This document shows, piece after piece, positions 1 through 9,963 of a stretch of 64,000 nucleotides of DNA. How positions within the stretch are numbered: the stretch's first letter is position 1; every line of letters begins with the position of its first letter. This stretch comes from an uncultured delta proteobacterium (lineage in GTDB: Bacteria > Desulfobacterota > Binatia > UBA9968): the NCBI GenBank assembly GCA_963816145.1, contig CAWFJP010000001.1, forward strand, positions 1-64,000, given 5' to 3'. Below the pieces are notes generated by a model. It was not told the origin of the DNA. It made no database searches and saw only the letters and a program-made list of their open reading frames with translations. The position numbers and the translations under genes were made by a program.

Positions 1-181
1 CCCGAGTCGGGCAGCAAAAGCCCCAGTAACATCGCCCGGCACGCAGCGAGCGGCCGTCGCGCCCACCATAGGTGCATACGCGAAGGGTGCCCTTGGGGAA
101 GTCCCTTTTCGCGCACGGCGTGCTTGCCCACCACCGCAATCGGAAAATCCACCTCCGCCAGCCGCTTACATTCTTTGGGGA

Positions 182-1048
182 TCATTTCTGCCTTCGCGGA
201 AGATGAAGTATCCATTCGACAAGACTGAAAGTCGATGCCAACACGATAGAGGCGCCTGCGCCCGCCAGGAGCACCTCAAATGCCGCACCCCAGTTGCCTT
301 CAACCAAATGATGAGTGGCTGGAAAAGCGACAGAGCCTATTGGAAATATAGCGACGAGTCGTGCCTCTTCGACGAAGCGATTCAACAAACCCGACTGTGA
401 ACGCGGTGATAAACTATACGGGATGTCGCAATCAAGAAACGTGCTTAAGGATTCCTCCACCTTTCGAGGTGCCGGCGTCGTCAGGTAAGACGCGACATTA
501 AGCCAGTAGGCTAGCTCGTCAGGAGTGACTTCGATTCTATCGCGCTGGAGATAAGCAAAAGAATGTAACGTCGCTAGAACCGGATCATTGGATAGAGGAA
601 GTGGATGTACTATGGGGCCGCGCAAAGGTCGACGGGCAATAACCGAACCGAATACCGGCCGCGCCAGTATGCTTTTGACGCAGATTTTAGCGAAGTTGGG
701 TGCATCGGAAAGGTGGTTGATTTCTGACCTTATCCGGCGGGTTTCTTTGCGCCATGCTGACAATTGCCGATCAGGCATCGGCCTCCATTGCCAAGCAATC
801 CAGTCATGTTCTAATTCATCCCAGATTCCCTCACTTTCCAGCTTCCTGGCGACTCTAAGCCACTTCTCAAACGAAACCACAGCAGTCTTTGGAACACGGA
901 AAGTCTCAGAAAGAAATTCATCGAGCTCAGCGTTGGGCGTCACAAAATCCGCACGCTTAATCGTAGACACACGCATAACCGGCAAGGGGCTCTTTGGAAC
1001 AATCGTCGATTCGTAAATGAGGGACATTTCGTCCGTGTCGCCATTCAT
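182..1048 (-). CDS. Hypothetical protein (288 aa) with C-terminal hydrophobic segment
   Basis: Long ORF, ATG preceded by AGGAGAG RBS; more AT-rich than core genes; no recognisable motif. Confidence 0.55.
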   Translation of the reverse strand: MNGDTDEMSLIYESTIVPKSPLPVMRVSTIKRADFVTPNAELDEFLSETFRVPKTAVVSFEKWLRVARKLESEGIWDELEHDWIAWQWRPMPDRQLSAWRKETRRIRSEINHLSDAPNFAKICVKSILARPVFGSVIARRPLRGPIVHPLPLSNDPVLATLHSFAYLQRDRIEVTPDELAYWLNVASYLTTPAPRKVEESLSTFLDCDIPYSLSPRSQSGLLNRFVEEARLVAIFPIGSVAFPATHHLVEGNWGAAFEVLLAGAGASIVLASTFSLVEWILHLPRRQK

Positions 1049-1276
1049 TGTTTCTCTCCTCGTGCGTCTGCCCTGTGCCCCACAAGATTACCCTCTCTTT
1101 TGCCCTCTTTTAGGCTATTACCCTTGAGTCGTGTCCCGGGCGGTTGGTAAGTGATTCTTATTGCCTTGGCGTGTCGGGACAGGACTAACTGGTAAGCCAC
1201 CGCGATCCATAGGCGAGGTCACTATCTCCTTAGCGAAATCGGCCCATTAGACGTTATTACCACATTAACTACTACA

Positions 1277-2341
1277 TTAACGTGGTATTACCGATTTAAC
1301 CCGTCTGCGTTCCCACTGCGCGTCGCGTCCGCGCCCGATCCCCTTTAGCTTTCCTTCCTCTCGCCACCGGTTCATAACGACTCTGATCATATCCCGACTA
1401 ACGCTGGGACACAGTCGTTCGATATCGGAGATCCGGAATGGGCTGGGAATGTTTACCAGCGCATGATTGACGAGTTCGCTTTTTGCGCCTTTCGGTGAGA
1501 CGGTTTTGCCAACCCGCGCCTCGAACTCTTTGTAGGCGGATTTGAGAACATAGAGCAGATAGTTTACGTATGGCCACGGATCGTGCTTGCCCTCGTGCCA
1601 ACCCTGGGAGCTTTGTTCGAGGGTCTCATAGTAACGTTCTTTGTTTTCCTCGATTAACCGCTCGACGCTTATGTAACGCCCGACCTCCAAGCCCAAGTGA
1701 TAACACTGGAGCAATAAGAGCAGCCTGGACACCCGGCCATTGCCGTCGCGAAACGGATGGACGCAGAGAAAATCGAGATTGAACGCGGCGAGGGCAATCA
1801 GCGGATGAACCGAGCGTTCGCGCAAAACGCGGACCCAAAGGTCCATGAGTCGGCGCATGTAGACCGCCGTGTCTGCTGCTGCGACAGCTTTGAACCGCAC
1901 GCGCTCGCGCCCGTCGGGAAACTTTTCGATGATATCGCTGTCTTGCTTCTTGTATTTGCCGGCGTCCCAGATGTTGCCGCGTATCAGCCGGTGTAACTTC
2001 TTAACCGTTTGTTCTGAAATCGACAGCTTGGCGCCTTGTTCGTGAATCAGCTTGAGGACATCGCGATAGCCGCGCACTTCTTCCTCGTCGCGGTCGCGCA
2101 ACAGGGATTTCCCAAAAACCACCGTCGCTACCCGCGCTTTATCAACCGTGACGCCCTCAATCCGGTTGGAAGAAACCGCGCTCTCGATCAGGGCGTGCTC
2201 GCGCAGGACTTTCAGCTTTTGCGGCGCTTGCTTGGTGAAGAGTTCCTGCTTGCCGCGCGCCTCTCCGAGGTCGGCCAGAAACCATGCCGTAGAAGCGGGA
2301 ATGGTTTCGGGCTTCAAAGCAAACTTTTGCAGGCTCATCAT
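1277..2341 (-). CDS. Fic family protein with C-terminal wHTH
   Basis: Fic motif HPFRDGNGRVSR; N-terminal SSNRIEG inhibitory-type motif. Confidence 0.92.
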   Translation of the reverse strand: MMSLQKFALKPETIPASTAWFLADLGEARGKQELFTKQAPQKLKVLREHALIESAVSSNRIEGVTVDKARVATVVFGKSLLRDRDEEEVRGYRDVLKLIHEQGAKLSISEQTVKKLHRLIRGNIWDAGKYKKQDSDIIEKFPDGRERVRFKAVAAADTAVYMRRLMDLWVRVLRERSVHPLIALAAFNLDFLCVHPFRDGNGRVSRLLLLLQCYHLGLEVGRYISVERLIEENKERYYETLEQSSQGWHEGKHDPWPYVNYLLYVLKSAYKEFEARVGKTVSPKGAKSELVNHALVNIPSPFRISDIERLCPSVSRDMIRVVMNRWREEGKLKGIGRGRDAQWERRRVKSVIPR

Positions 2342-2452
2342 GTTGTTGAATACTCGTAAGCTGCGCGTGGGTTTATGAAACCCAAATGGTCAATTCTAGG
2401 TTCACTTCAAGACGTACGATTGCCCGGCAACGACTCAGCCGAAATTTTTGTC

Positions 2453-2482
2453 ACTCTATTGGAATCAACAGGGATCTGGCAA
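2453..2482 (-). promoter_or_regulatory. Putative sigma-70 promoter (TTGCCA-N18-TAGAGT) upstream of fic, at the edge of the repeat block
   Basis: Similar element TTGCCA-N18-TAGAAG sits at the edge of the next repeat block (4785-4814). Confidence 0.4.
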
Positions 2483-2503
2483 GGGGCTCAAAAAATAGAG
2501 GCC

Positions 2504-2950
2504 GTTCCAAGTGTTCCAATGGTTCCATAGGTTCCAGCGGTTATCGATCAAGAAGCTCTTAAGAAGAGATTCGGGAGAATAGTGCAACGACCGTGATCGT
2601 GGACGGACAATTGCCGTGTTCGTGATCGTGGTTCTTCAAGAATCGGGCGTATCCAAACCGTTCCAATAGTTCCAGTCGTTCCAAAGGTTCCAAGGGTTAA
2701 ACCTGGCGCGATCGTTCAAAAGTTCAAGCGTTCAACGACAATTCCGCGAGGCTACCGTTCCAATAGTTCGAGCCCTTCGATAGGGTCTTTGCGACCTACT
2801 CAGAACGAACGGACTTTTTTAATTGAGGTCCGTTCAAGTCGTTATTCGATCAAACACCGCTCAGGGACTGAGCTGTTCCAACAGTTCCAGTCGTTCCAGA
2901 GGTTCCAGCGGATCTATTTGGTTCAAAGGTTCAAGGTTCAAAAGTTCAAG
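2504..2950. repeat. Composite repeat block: clusters of 9-bp-period GTTCCAnnn and 7-8-bp GTTCAA units plus one hairpin core (2766-2853)
   Basis: e.g. gttccaata gttccagtc gttccaaag gttccaagg; core has GAACGGAC/GTCCGTTC inverted repeat. Confidence 0.9.
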
Positions 2951-3012
2951 GTCAGATTAAGATGGAACACATCCACGCTTCCGTGAATTGCGTGCGTGGA
3001 AATGAATGCCGG

Positions 3013-3540
3013 CTATCGTTTGCCGTCGCGCGCGGCGCGTTCTTCGACCAAAAAGCCGATCTTGCGCTTCTTGGGCTCCGGCGGGGTCATCAACTGGCGG
3101 ATCGCGTCGAAAACGACCTTGAACTGGGCATCGTACTTCTTCTCCAACTCGGCCAATTTGCGAGCCAACTGAGAATTGGACGCCAGCATCTGCCGCAACC
3201 GAACAAAGGCGCGCATGATTTCGATATTGACCTGGATTGCCCTCCGACTTTTAAGGACGGACGAAAGCATTGCGATCCCTTGTTCCGTAAATGCGTACGG
3301 AGCCGCTCGCCTGGAGCCGCCCCAACTTGAAATCACAACTTGTGATTTCAAGTGGTTCCATTCATCGTCGTTCAATTGAAACATAAAGTCGGCAGGAAAA
3401 CGTTCCCGGTTGCGCTTGATGGCCTGTACCAAGGCTCGCGGTTCGACACCGTAGAGAGCCGCCAACTGCGTGCTCAACATGACTCGCAAGCCCCGAATGG
3501 TGAAAATAGTTTGTTCTATTTGTTCAGCTTGCGGCAGCAT
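3013..3540 (-). CDS. ORF6N domain DNA-binding protein
   Basis: [14 protein letters not shown]...RN.ERFP.DFMFQL and [17 protein letters not shown] signature. Confidence 0.9.
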   Translation of the reverse strand: MLPQAEQIEQTIFTIRGLRVMLSTQLAALYGVEPRALVQAIKRNRERFPADFMFQLNDDEWNHLKSQVVISSWGGSRRAAPYAFTEQGIAMLSSVLKSRRAIQVNIEIMRAFVRLRQMLASNSQLARKLAELEKKYDAQFKVVFDAIRQLMTPPEPKKRKIGFLVEERAARDGKR

Positions 3541-3758
3541 ATTTCGCTCCCAATGGCGCTGCGATCTTAAGGCTTTGCGTAACCCGGGAAGCCTTTGGGG
3601 TCAGAGATTTACGTCTATACTATCCTTGTTACCAACAACCTTCATCGTCAAATTGGGAACCCCGATCGACACGATTCTTGAACTCCGAACACTCCGTCCC
3701 ATGCAAATAGCTCTGTTTTCAGGCGTCTGGCTCACGCGGTTTTGTGCCCAACTGATCC

Positions 3759-4061
3759 TTACACGCTTTTTGCCGTTAACTTTTTCCCCTGTCGAGGAGA
3801 CCTTTGCTCCTTCACTTTCTGTTCCAGCCAAAGATTGACCAAGGCGTCGGACGAAACGCCGTGCTTCGTGGCAACCGACTGGATCTTCGCGGCGAGTTCT
3901 TTTTCTACGGGGTAGTAAGTGGCTTCCGGTTCGGCAACGATCTCGAACTTCACCTTCTTGGTCTTGCCCCACGCATCGCTGATCTCGTGTTGATCCCAGT
4001 ACTCCCCGATCGCTGCATAGGACCGCGCTTTGGAGATGGAACTCTTGCTTTTATTCATCAA
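3759..4061 (-). CDS. CopG/BrnA-like antitoxin (no adjacent toxin)
   Basis: EYWDQHE motif and C-terminal RHH-like GVSSDALVNLWL. Confidence 0.7.
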   Translation of the reverse strand: MMNKSKSSISKARSYAAIGEYWDQHEISDAWGKTKKVKFEIVAEPEATYYPVEKELAAKIQSVATKHGVSSDALVNLWLEQKVKEQRSPRQGKKLTAKSV

Positions 4062-4212
4062 GCTTCCCCGGTCGAATTTTCGCTCGGCGATCCGCCAGGG
4101 TCGAAATCGCCGCCTCGCTGCGATTCATGCGAGGCGCAGATCACAGCATTACACCGTCTTCGGAGAACAGGATTTTTCCTCGTCCTCTCTGTTCGCCCCA
4201 GTGAATTGAGAT

Positions 4213-4557
4213 TCAATCCAAAACCCATACGCCGCGTTCGCGGATCGCGTCATACATCGCATCGGGCGCGAGATCGACGCCATTGGGCCACTGAACCGCG
4301 CCGAGCACAACTTGAGCCTGAACAAATATTGCCGGGTCGCGGAGCGGCTCGAATACGGTGCCGTCGATACGCGGATCGCTCAAAAACGACTTCATGTGAA
4401 CTTCGCCGGCAGTGCCGTCGACAAAAACAACGCGTAGCCGCGCGTCCGGCAATACGTGCACCGAAGTCACACGCCAAGACACGGTATGCTTTATCTCCGG
4501 GTCTACTTCAGGGGTTCGATGGTTTTCGGTGTTTGCATTAGGCTGCATAGATTCCAA
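4213..4557 (-). CDS. DUF2442 family protein (putative antitoxin)
   Basis: L.V.F.DG...VFEPLRDP..F......GAVQWPNGVDLAPD.MY signature. Confidence 0.85.
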   Translation of the reverse strand: MESMQPNANTENHRTPEVDPEIKHTVSWRVTSVHVLPDARLRVVFVDGTAGEVHMKSFLSDPRIDGTVFEPLRDPAIFVQAQVVLGAVQWPNGVDLAPDAMYDAIRERGVWVLD

Positions 4558-4620
4558 TCCTCCAACAGTTCATCGCGATGATCGGCGGCCCACTCCAATA
4601 CTAACGCCATAGCCCGGCGC
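4503..4620 (-). pseudogene. C-terminal remnant of DUF4160 protein (usual DUF2442 partner)
   Basis: RRAMALVLEWAADHRDELLEDWNL...KTIEPLK; N-terminus replaced by GAGGCGCGAG repeats. Confidence 0.7.
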
Positions 4621-4686
4621 GAGGGTCCGCCGCGAGAGGCGCGAGCGAGAGGCGCGAGGGTCAAGCAGAGGCGCGAGGGTCTAGAG
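4621..4686. repeat. Short tandem AGAGGCGCGAG(GGTC) repeats
   Basis: Three AGAGGCGCGAG copies at the DUF4160 truncation point. Confidence 0.7.
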
Positions 4687-4835
4687 TTGTTGCAACCTTG
4701 ATCATTCGTCTTGGGGCTCGGACTCTCACCTCTCGATTCGTTTGCCATTAAAAACAGTCGGCGACCCTAATTTTTCTCACTTTACTTCTACTGGAATCTG
4801 CGAGGAGGTGGCAAGGGGATCTATAAACCGGGGCT

Positions 4836-4969
4836 GTTCCAATAGTTCCAGTCGTTCCATAGGTTCCAGCAGTTCGGGTTCCTGGGATCGTTCGAGCCCT
4901 TCGATAGGGTCTTTGCGACCTACTCAGGACGAACGGAATTTTTTAATTGGGGTCCGTTCAAGTCGTTAC
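4836..4969. repeat. 134-bp composite direct repeat (GTTCCA x4 plus hairpin core)
   Basis: 3 mismatches versus 6083-6216 by manual alignment; core also at 2766-2853. Confidence 0.95.
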
Positions 4970-5068
4970 TCGATCAAGGTCGTCGCAGCCGTTCCAATCG
5001 TTCCAGGGGTTCCAGCGGTTATACCTCATGGGACATTGAAAGCGTTCAAGCCAATGTCTTCACTTCGA

Positions 5069-5440
5069 TCACGAGCGGTGAGGTTCAGAGCTGTCCCGCC
5101 GCCTTTTGCCATAAGGCCTGCGGCTTTCCCGCACGGCGGCCAACTCTGTGCTCTTCAATGGTTGGCGCGCCGTCACCGCGTCGGGCCGACCGCGGGTCGA
5201 CAATGCGGATAGGATTCTTTTTCGCTGTCGGGGGGTGAAATCAGCGCCGTAAAAGTGCAGAAACAGCAGCAGCTTGAGTTCTCGCGGGTGAGCATCGGGG
5301 TGCTGCTCCGATATGTAGGCTTTGGCAAGCGCCTGAGCGGTGGCATACATGGAACATCCCATCTTGAGCCGTTCGGCGCCGGTCCGTTGCATGAGCATGC
5401 CGCGGAACTTCCTTTCGACCGCCGGCGATGTGTCTTTCAT
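5069..5440 (-). CDS. Small hypothetical protein, partner of the nucleotidyltransferase
   Basis: GGAGG RBS; ATG overlaps the restored stop of the upstream gene (ATGA); DTSP...ERLKMGCSM motif. Confidence 0.7.
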   Translation of the reverse strand: MKDTSPAVERKFRGMLMQRTGAERLKMGCSMYATAQALAKAYISEQHPDAHPRELKLLLFLHFYGADFTPRQRKRILSALSTRGRPDAVTARQPLKSTELAAVRESRRPYGKRRRDSSEPHRS

Positions 5441-5981
5441 TTGCTCACCTCCCGATAAAGGGACTCGATGCCCAATAACCTTGCCCAACGGGTGAGATAG
5501 CTTCGCTTCAAATCCTTCACGTCGGCCAGAAGATTGCGTACATCGTTGAGTTGCACTTCGGATTTCGACTCTTTACACCATTCGAGCTTCGACAAGATGA
5601 GGTCCTCCGGCGCCACGATGAAGAGATCTTGACCGTCGACTGTGACCTTTTTCTTCTGGCGAATTCCCGGCGGCGGTAGGGGGTGTCCTTTCGCACGACG
5701 AAGTCGATCTTGATGATGAATTCATCGTGAATCAGGTTGAACATCCCCTTGGTCTCGACCGCATTGCGCACGGTTTGCGGCTCCATATAATAATCTTTTT
5801 CGAACAGCGGAATAAACCGATCGAGGTCGCGCTGGGACAACTCGACGACGATATCAATATCCCGTGTCAGGCGAGGAACCGTGTAAAAGTTTGCCGCGAT
5901 CGATCCGGTGATCATATAGCGGATGGCGGCTTTTTCGAGACGGCGCGCGACCTCTTTCAAAACCTCTAATTCTTCGCTCAT
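5437..5981 (-). pseudogene. Nucleotidyltransferase (AbiEii/DUF6036-like) with a frameshift near 5650
   Basis: YMITGSIA..Y..PR.TRDID motif; adding one A in an A-run restores ...VAPEDLILSKLEW...REVSK*. Confidence 0.75.
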
Positions 5982-6082
5982 GCGATGATTGCCACCACTT
6001 TCGAATGCTCTCCGCGGTGACCATTCCCGAAAAAGCCGCACGGTTCAAGAGCGCGAAGTTCCCGGTCCAGGACACCAACCCG

Positions 6083-6216
6083 GTTCCAATGGTTCCAGTT
6101 GTTCCATAGGTTCCAGCAGTTCGGGTTCCTGGGATCGTTCGAGCCCTTCGATAAGGTCTTTGCGACCTACTCAGGACGAACGGAATTTTTTAATTGGGGT
6201 CCGTTCAAGTCGTTAC
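6083..6216. repeat. 134-bp composite direct repeat, near-identical to 4836-4969
   Basis: Followed by GTTCAA units and a mirrored half-element at 6247-6270. Confidence 0.95.
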
Positions 6217-6381
6217 CTGACTACATCCCGTTCAAGGGTTCAACGGCCTGCCCTGGGACTTGTCGAAGGGTTCAAGTGTTCAAGGACGGATTCGGATGGG
6301 AACTTCCAGGTTTCCGGAATTGGCGAAACGTGGAAATGAACGCTTCAAAAAGGCGATCGAATAAGGCGACTGGCCGATGCC

Positions 6382-6480
6382 CGTCATCCAGAGTGAGCGC
6401 GAGGGATCGAAGAAAGATTGCTCCCTTCGGTCGAAACGACCGCGAATCCGAACTTAGCGTTTTTGCGCCTTGGCGGCCGT
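6382..6480. repeat. CGTC-tagged REP-like palindromic element
   Basis: CGTCATCC..AG..AGCGCGAGGGATC...AGATT.CTCCC..CGGTCGAAA.GAC; relatives at 10521, 16066, 46499. Confidence 0.75.
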
Positions 6481-6617
6481 TTGCGTAAGCCAGGAAGATT
6501 GTTGGCTAGAGTCGTGCAGGTAGCAGTGGACGATCAGATAGAGCACGCCGATGGCGAATCAAAGATGCTAGGGGTCGACTTCGCACCGTCCTTGGCCGTC
6601 GCGCGAATTGCCGCCGG

Positions 6618-7046
6618 CTATCCCTTGCCATGCGACGGCACCACCAGCACCGGGCATTTCGCGGCGCGCAACAACCGATCGGTGACGCTACCGATCAGCA
6701 TGCGCGACAGACCGCTGCGGCCATGCGACGACATGACGACGAGATCGACATGCTCGTTGTCGGCGCAGTCGACGATGGCACTGTAGGGTTGGCCGGCGAC
6801 CACCACCTCGCGGATTTTCAAGTCAGCGCCGTGATGCGGCGCGTTCTTGGCGACAAACTCGGCGAGCCGGGTCTTGTGCGCGTCGATCTCGCCTTTGCCG
6901 ACGGTGTTGGTTTCATCGAGGATGATCACATTCATGACAATCACCTGAGCCCCGACATCCTTGGCCAAGTGGCAGGCATAGCGCACCCCTTCCCCCGAAA
7001 GTTCGGAGAAATCGGTGGGCGCGAGAATTTTTTTCAATATGGCCAT
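6618..7046 (-). CDS. Universal stress protein (single domain)
   Basis: KKILAPTDFS...HGRSGLSRMLIGSVT...CPVLVV; start moved to ATG 7046. Confidence 0.93.
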   Translation of the reverse strand: MAILKKILAPTDFSELSGEGVRYACHLAKDVGAQVIVMNVIILDETNTVGKGEIDAHKTRLAEFVAKNAPHHGADLKIREVVVAGQPYSAIVDCADNEHVDLVVMSSHGRSGLSRMLIGSVTDRLLRAAKCPVLVVPSHGKG

Positions 7047-7099
7047 AGCGAACCCCTTCCCTTTACAGATAATCGATGGTTGCCCGAGTGCAGAACAAA

Positions 7100-7114
7100 G
7101 CAACCCCAGTGCCA
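7100..7114 (-). promoter_or_regulatory. Sigma-54 promoter TGGCACTGGGGTTGC
   Basis: Consensus -24/-12 spacing, about 54 bp upstream of the USP start. Confidence 0.75.
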
Positions 7115-7342
7115 TTGTCATTAACGCGGGAAATCGCCGCGTGCAAGCGGTATTTTTACCAGGGCGCAAACCAAGCCGGACGCAAACCCGCCCGGTTGAC
7201 CGCAGGACCAAGGACTATTTCCGCTATGGATAGAGACAACGGGGTGCAATGCCGATCCATAACCGCAGCAGCGCACCCAGGAGCCCGTCAAACAAGATGA
7301 TCAGGTAGTGACTGCGAAAGAAAACGTCTCCGCTTCACTCGG

Positions 7343-7843
7343 TTATTCAACCTTCACCTTGGCGTCTTCGATGATGACGTCGTATCTGTATCCCGCGCCC
7401 AAATCTTTATCGAGCGTCACGTTTCCTTCTACCAAGACCGTGTCGCCGACTTTCGCCTTGGCTTGAGTCGTCACGGTGAGGTCGTTGGCTGGCTCCTTGC
7501 CGGTGCCGTCGCGCAAATGCAGCCAGTTCTTGCCCATGATCGCCTCGCTGTACTTGACGACTTTGCCGCGCAGCGTTACGCGCTTGCCGTTGAGTTTGGC
7601 CTTCTCTTGGTAAACTTCCTGGACGGTCTTGCCGTCTTTGGGCTTGACGATCTTCGAAAAGTCGAACTTGGGCGCGGCCGGAGCGGCGCCACCGCGCATG
7701 TCGATGTTCGGATGGCCTTCGGGTAGCGGCGCACTGGCCCCCCGAGCGATGCTGCCGGCATAATAATCCCACCCGATAGCAATCGATCCTAAAAGGGTCG
7801 TCGCCAATAAAAACTTTCCTGCCGTGTAAAAACTTTTTCTCAC
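7343..7843 (-). CDS. Exported OB-fold protein (NrfJ-like) with LPEGHP linker
   Basis: GTG start with AAGGAG; signal-like N-terminus; L.GKRVTLRGKVVK...IMGKNWLHLRDGTG...DLGAGY.Y. Confidence 0.75.
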   Translation of the reverse strand: MRKSFYTAGKFLLATTLLGSIAIGWDYYAGSIARGASAPLPEGHPNIDMRGGAAPAAPKFDFSKIVKPKDGKTVQEVYQEKAKLNGKRVTLRGKVVKYSEAIMGKNWLHLRDGTGKEPANDLTVTTQAKAKVGDTVLVEGNVTLDKDLGAGYRYDVIIEDAKVKVE

Positions 7844-8097
7844 TGTCTCTCCTTCGAAGAAGTATTTCGCTCGGACCGAGTTTGACTCATTGACCACTTT
7901 GCCGTGCTTTTCACAGATATCATTAACCTGAAAAAATGATTAGCGGACCAGGAGGTCAAGCCAAGGCCGGCTCAAGATAGAGGCCTCCTGCCTTCTTTGG
8001 AACGGCTTGCCTGTATCCGCTTCGCTGGTTGCGGAAAAATAACCCAGCGTAGAGCCGATACCCGCTCTTTCTAAGCGGCTCGTTCGCCCGGAGCACC

Positions 8098-8349
8098 CTA
8101 GGTCGTCTTCACGGCAGCGTCAATCCAGGCGGCCACCGAAGCCGGCGACGGGATACGCCCCGACGAGACCAGTTTTTCGTTAATCACCAGGCCGGGTGTA
8201 GACACGAGGTCATAAGCCAAGATCTCGTTGTAATCGGTAACTTTGGCGAACTCAGCCGTAACGTTTAGGTCGCTTGCAGCCTTACGGGCGATCTCCTCCA
8301 AGCGTTTACAATTGGCACAGCCAGGGCCGAGAATCTTGATGGTCAACAT
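8098..8349 (-). CDS. Small redox-active disulfide protein (MTH895-type thioredoxin)
   Basis: IKILGPGCANC...TPGLVINEK.V.SGRIP; GGAGG RBS. Confidence 0.9.
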   Translation of the reverse strand: MLTIKILGPGCANCKRLEEIARKAASDLNVTAEFAKVTDYNEILAYDLVSTPGLVINEKLVSSGRIPSPASVAAWIDAAVKTT

Positions 8350-8368
8350 ATCGAAACCTCCTGCATGA

Positions 8369-9850
8369 TCACAAAGTTTGCGCCTGTTTAGCGTCTTGCG
8401 GATGATTGTGCTGGCGCACTTGCCATAAGGCAAGCACCAGCAGGGTCAGAAATAGCCCGAGATAGATCGCGACGAGCCCCAGGCTCATGCCATCCACCCA
8501 TGCGCCGTAGATCAGCCCGGCCATGGTGCTGAATAGCGCTACCCAAACGACATAGGTCCAGGTCTTGAGTTTACCGATGATGGCGGAGAGGATCAGAATG
8601 CTTTGCAGACTGAGTTCGGGATCGGCCATGAGATAGGCCAGCAGCGGGCCGCGGTGCATACCCAGGCTAAGAAACAATTTAGCGATCGGCACTTCCACCA
8701 GTGTCGGGAAGTACATGAAGACACCGAAAGCGACGCCGGTCAAATTACCGAGAAGCGTGTTGCTTCCGGCCAGGCTTTCGATCCACTCCGGGCGGATCAG
8801 CACCCGGATAACGCCGACCAAAAACACCCCGACCACCAGCAGCGGAAAGATCTGTTTGACGAAGCGCCACGACTCCCACAACCAGTCGCGCAATTCGTCC
8901 TCGGTCAGATAGGCGCGGCCGAGCTGGAAGAGAACCGCTAACGCAAACAACACGCCGAAGAACTTACCAGTGAAGCCGACACGCAGCCCGGCAGGCGTCG
9001 CCTGCATGTTCAGGGCGGCCACCAGCAGCGTCACGCCAATCAGGACTATCGCCGCCTTGGTCCACGCACTGAAACCATCGTGAATGCGCTCGAAGCCGCG
9101 CCAGGAAGCCAGCCCAATGGCAGCCAGCAAGAAAATCAGCAGCACACCCTGCAACGAAACGCCTTCCTCGCCTTTGCCGGCATCGAAAGGAACCAGCCGG
9201 TCGAGCAGCGCTTGAAACCCTTGCGCCCCGGCGAGCGGTAGGTTCAACTCAAGGTAGGAGCCGGTGAGGATATCGAGCTTCAACGTGCCGACCAGCAGCA
9301 GTGCCACCCAGGCAAGCAGAAAAATCAATGCGGTGCGGCTCATGCCTTTAACGCCTTGCGCCGCGAACATCTGACTGGTCGCCGCATCATGAGCTGCGTC
9401 ATCCGCTCGGAACAGCAGGGCCATGATCAGGCCTATGCCGATACCGAAGGCAAGCGAGAGAAACAATCGGGCCAAGGCCAGGTCGACGCCGATGACGCTA
9501 CCGGTGTAAACCAACGCCAAGATGTTGGCCGCGGGAGCAAAAAACAGAAAAGTGATCGCCGGGCCGATGCCGGCGCCCTTTTTGTAGATGCCGGCGAAAA
9601 GCGGCACGATCGTGCAAGAACACACCGCCAGCAGCCCGCCCGCCAGGGCAGCTGCCGGATACGAAACCACTCGCCGCGTGTCACGGCCAAGAAAGCGCGT
9701 CACGCTTTCCTTCGGAATCAGCGCGGTCATCGCCCCGGCAATATAAAATGCCGGCAACAGACATAAGAGCACATGCGCCGCGAGGTAGGCGGCTAGATTG
9801 CCGAGACCGCCGCGTATGGCATTGACCAGGAACGCCGCAACATCCATCAC
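8369..9850 (-). CDS. ArsP/DUF318 family permease with extended central TM region
   Basis: HVLLCLLPAF, LAVCSCTIVPLFAGIYKKGAG, MYFPTLVEVPI motifs. Confidence 0.88.
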   Translation of the reverse strand: MMDVAAFLVNAIRGGLGNLAAYLAAHVLLCLLPAFYIAGAMTALIPKESVTRFLGRDTRRVVSYPAAALAGGLLAVCSCTIVPLFAGIYKKGAGIGPAITFLFFAPAANILALVYTGSVIGVDLALARLFLSLAFGIGIGLIMALLFRADDAAHDAATSQMFAAQGVKGMSRTALIFLLAWVALLLVGTLKLDILTGSYLELNLPLAGAQGFQALLDRLVPFDAGKGEEGVSLQGVLLIFLLAAIGLASWRGFERIHDGFSAWTKAAIVLIGVTLLVAALNMQATPAGLRVGFTGKFFGVLFALAVLFQLGRAYLTEDELRDWLWESWRFVKQIFPLLVVGVFLVGVIRVLIRPEWIESLAGSNTLLGNLTGVAFGVFMYFPTLVEVPIAKLFLSLGMHRGPLLAYLMADPELSLQSILILSAIIGKLKTWTYVVWVALFSTMAGLIYGAWVDGMSLGLVAIYLGLFLTLLVLALWQVRQHNHPQDAKQAQTL

Positions 9851-9963
9851 CAGCTCCGTTCTCGTCGCCGGGCAACTAGCACCATTTGATGCATCTCTTG
9901 CAAGATCATGTTGAAGGATCGTTAGTAAATCTAACCGTCAAAAATTTTGGCCAACCGGGTGAA

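Noticed and set aside
150-160. CCTCCGCCA as a tRNA 3' end
   Set aside because: Too short, with no T-arm or cloverleaf upstream
1183-1252. Possible integron attC site (GTCTAAT...GTTAGTC on minus strand)
   Set aside because: Core boxes imperfect, no convincing internal L-box pairing, no integrase in window
2504-6300. GTTCCA/GTTCAA repeats as a CRISPR array
   Set aside because: Units are 7-9 bp with no 25-45 bp spacers, and no cas genes are present
2789-6488. Plus-strand ORFs sharing SLRPTQ.ER.FLI.VRSSRY peptides
   Set aside because: Translations of the non-coding composite repeat
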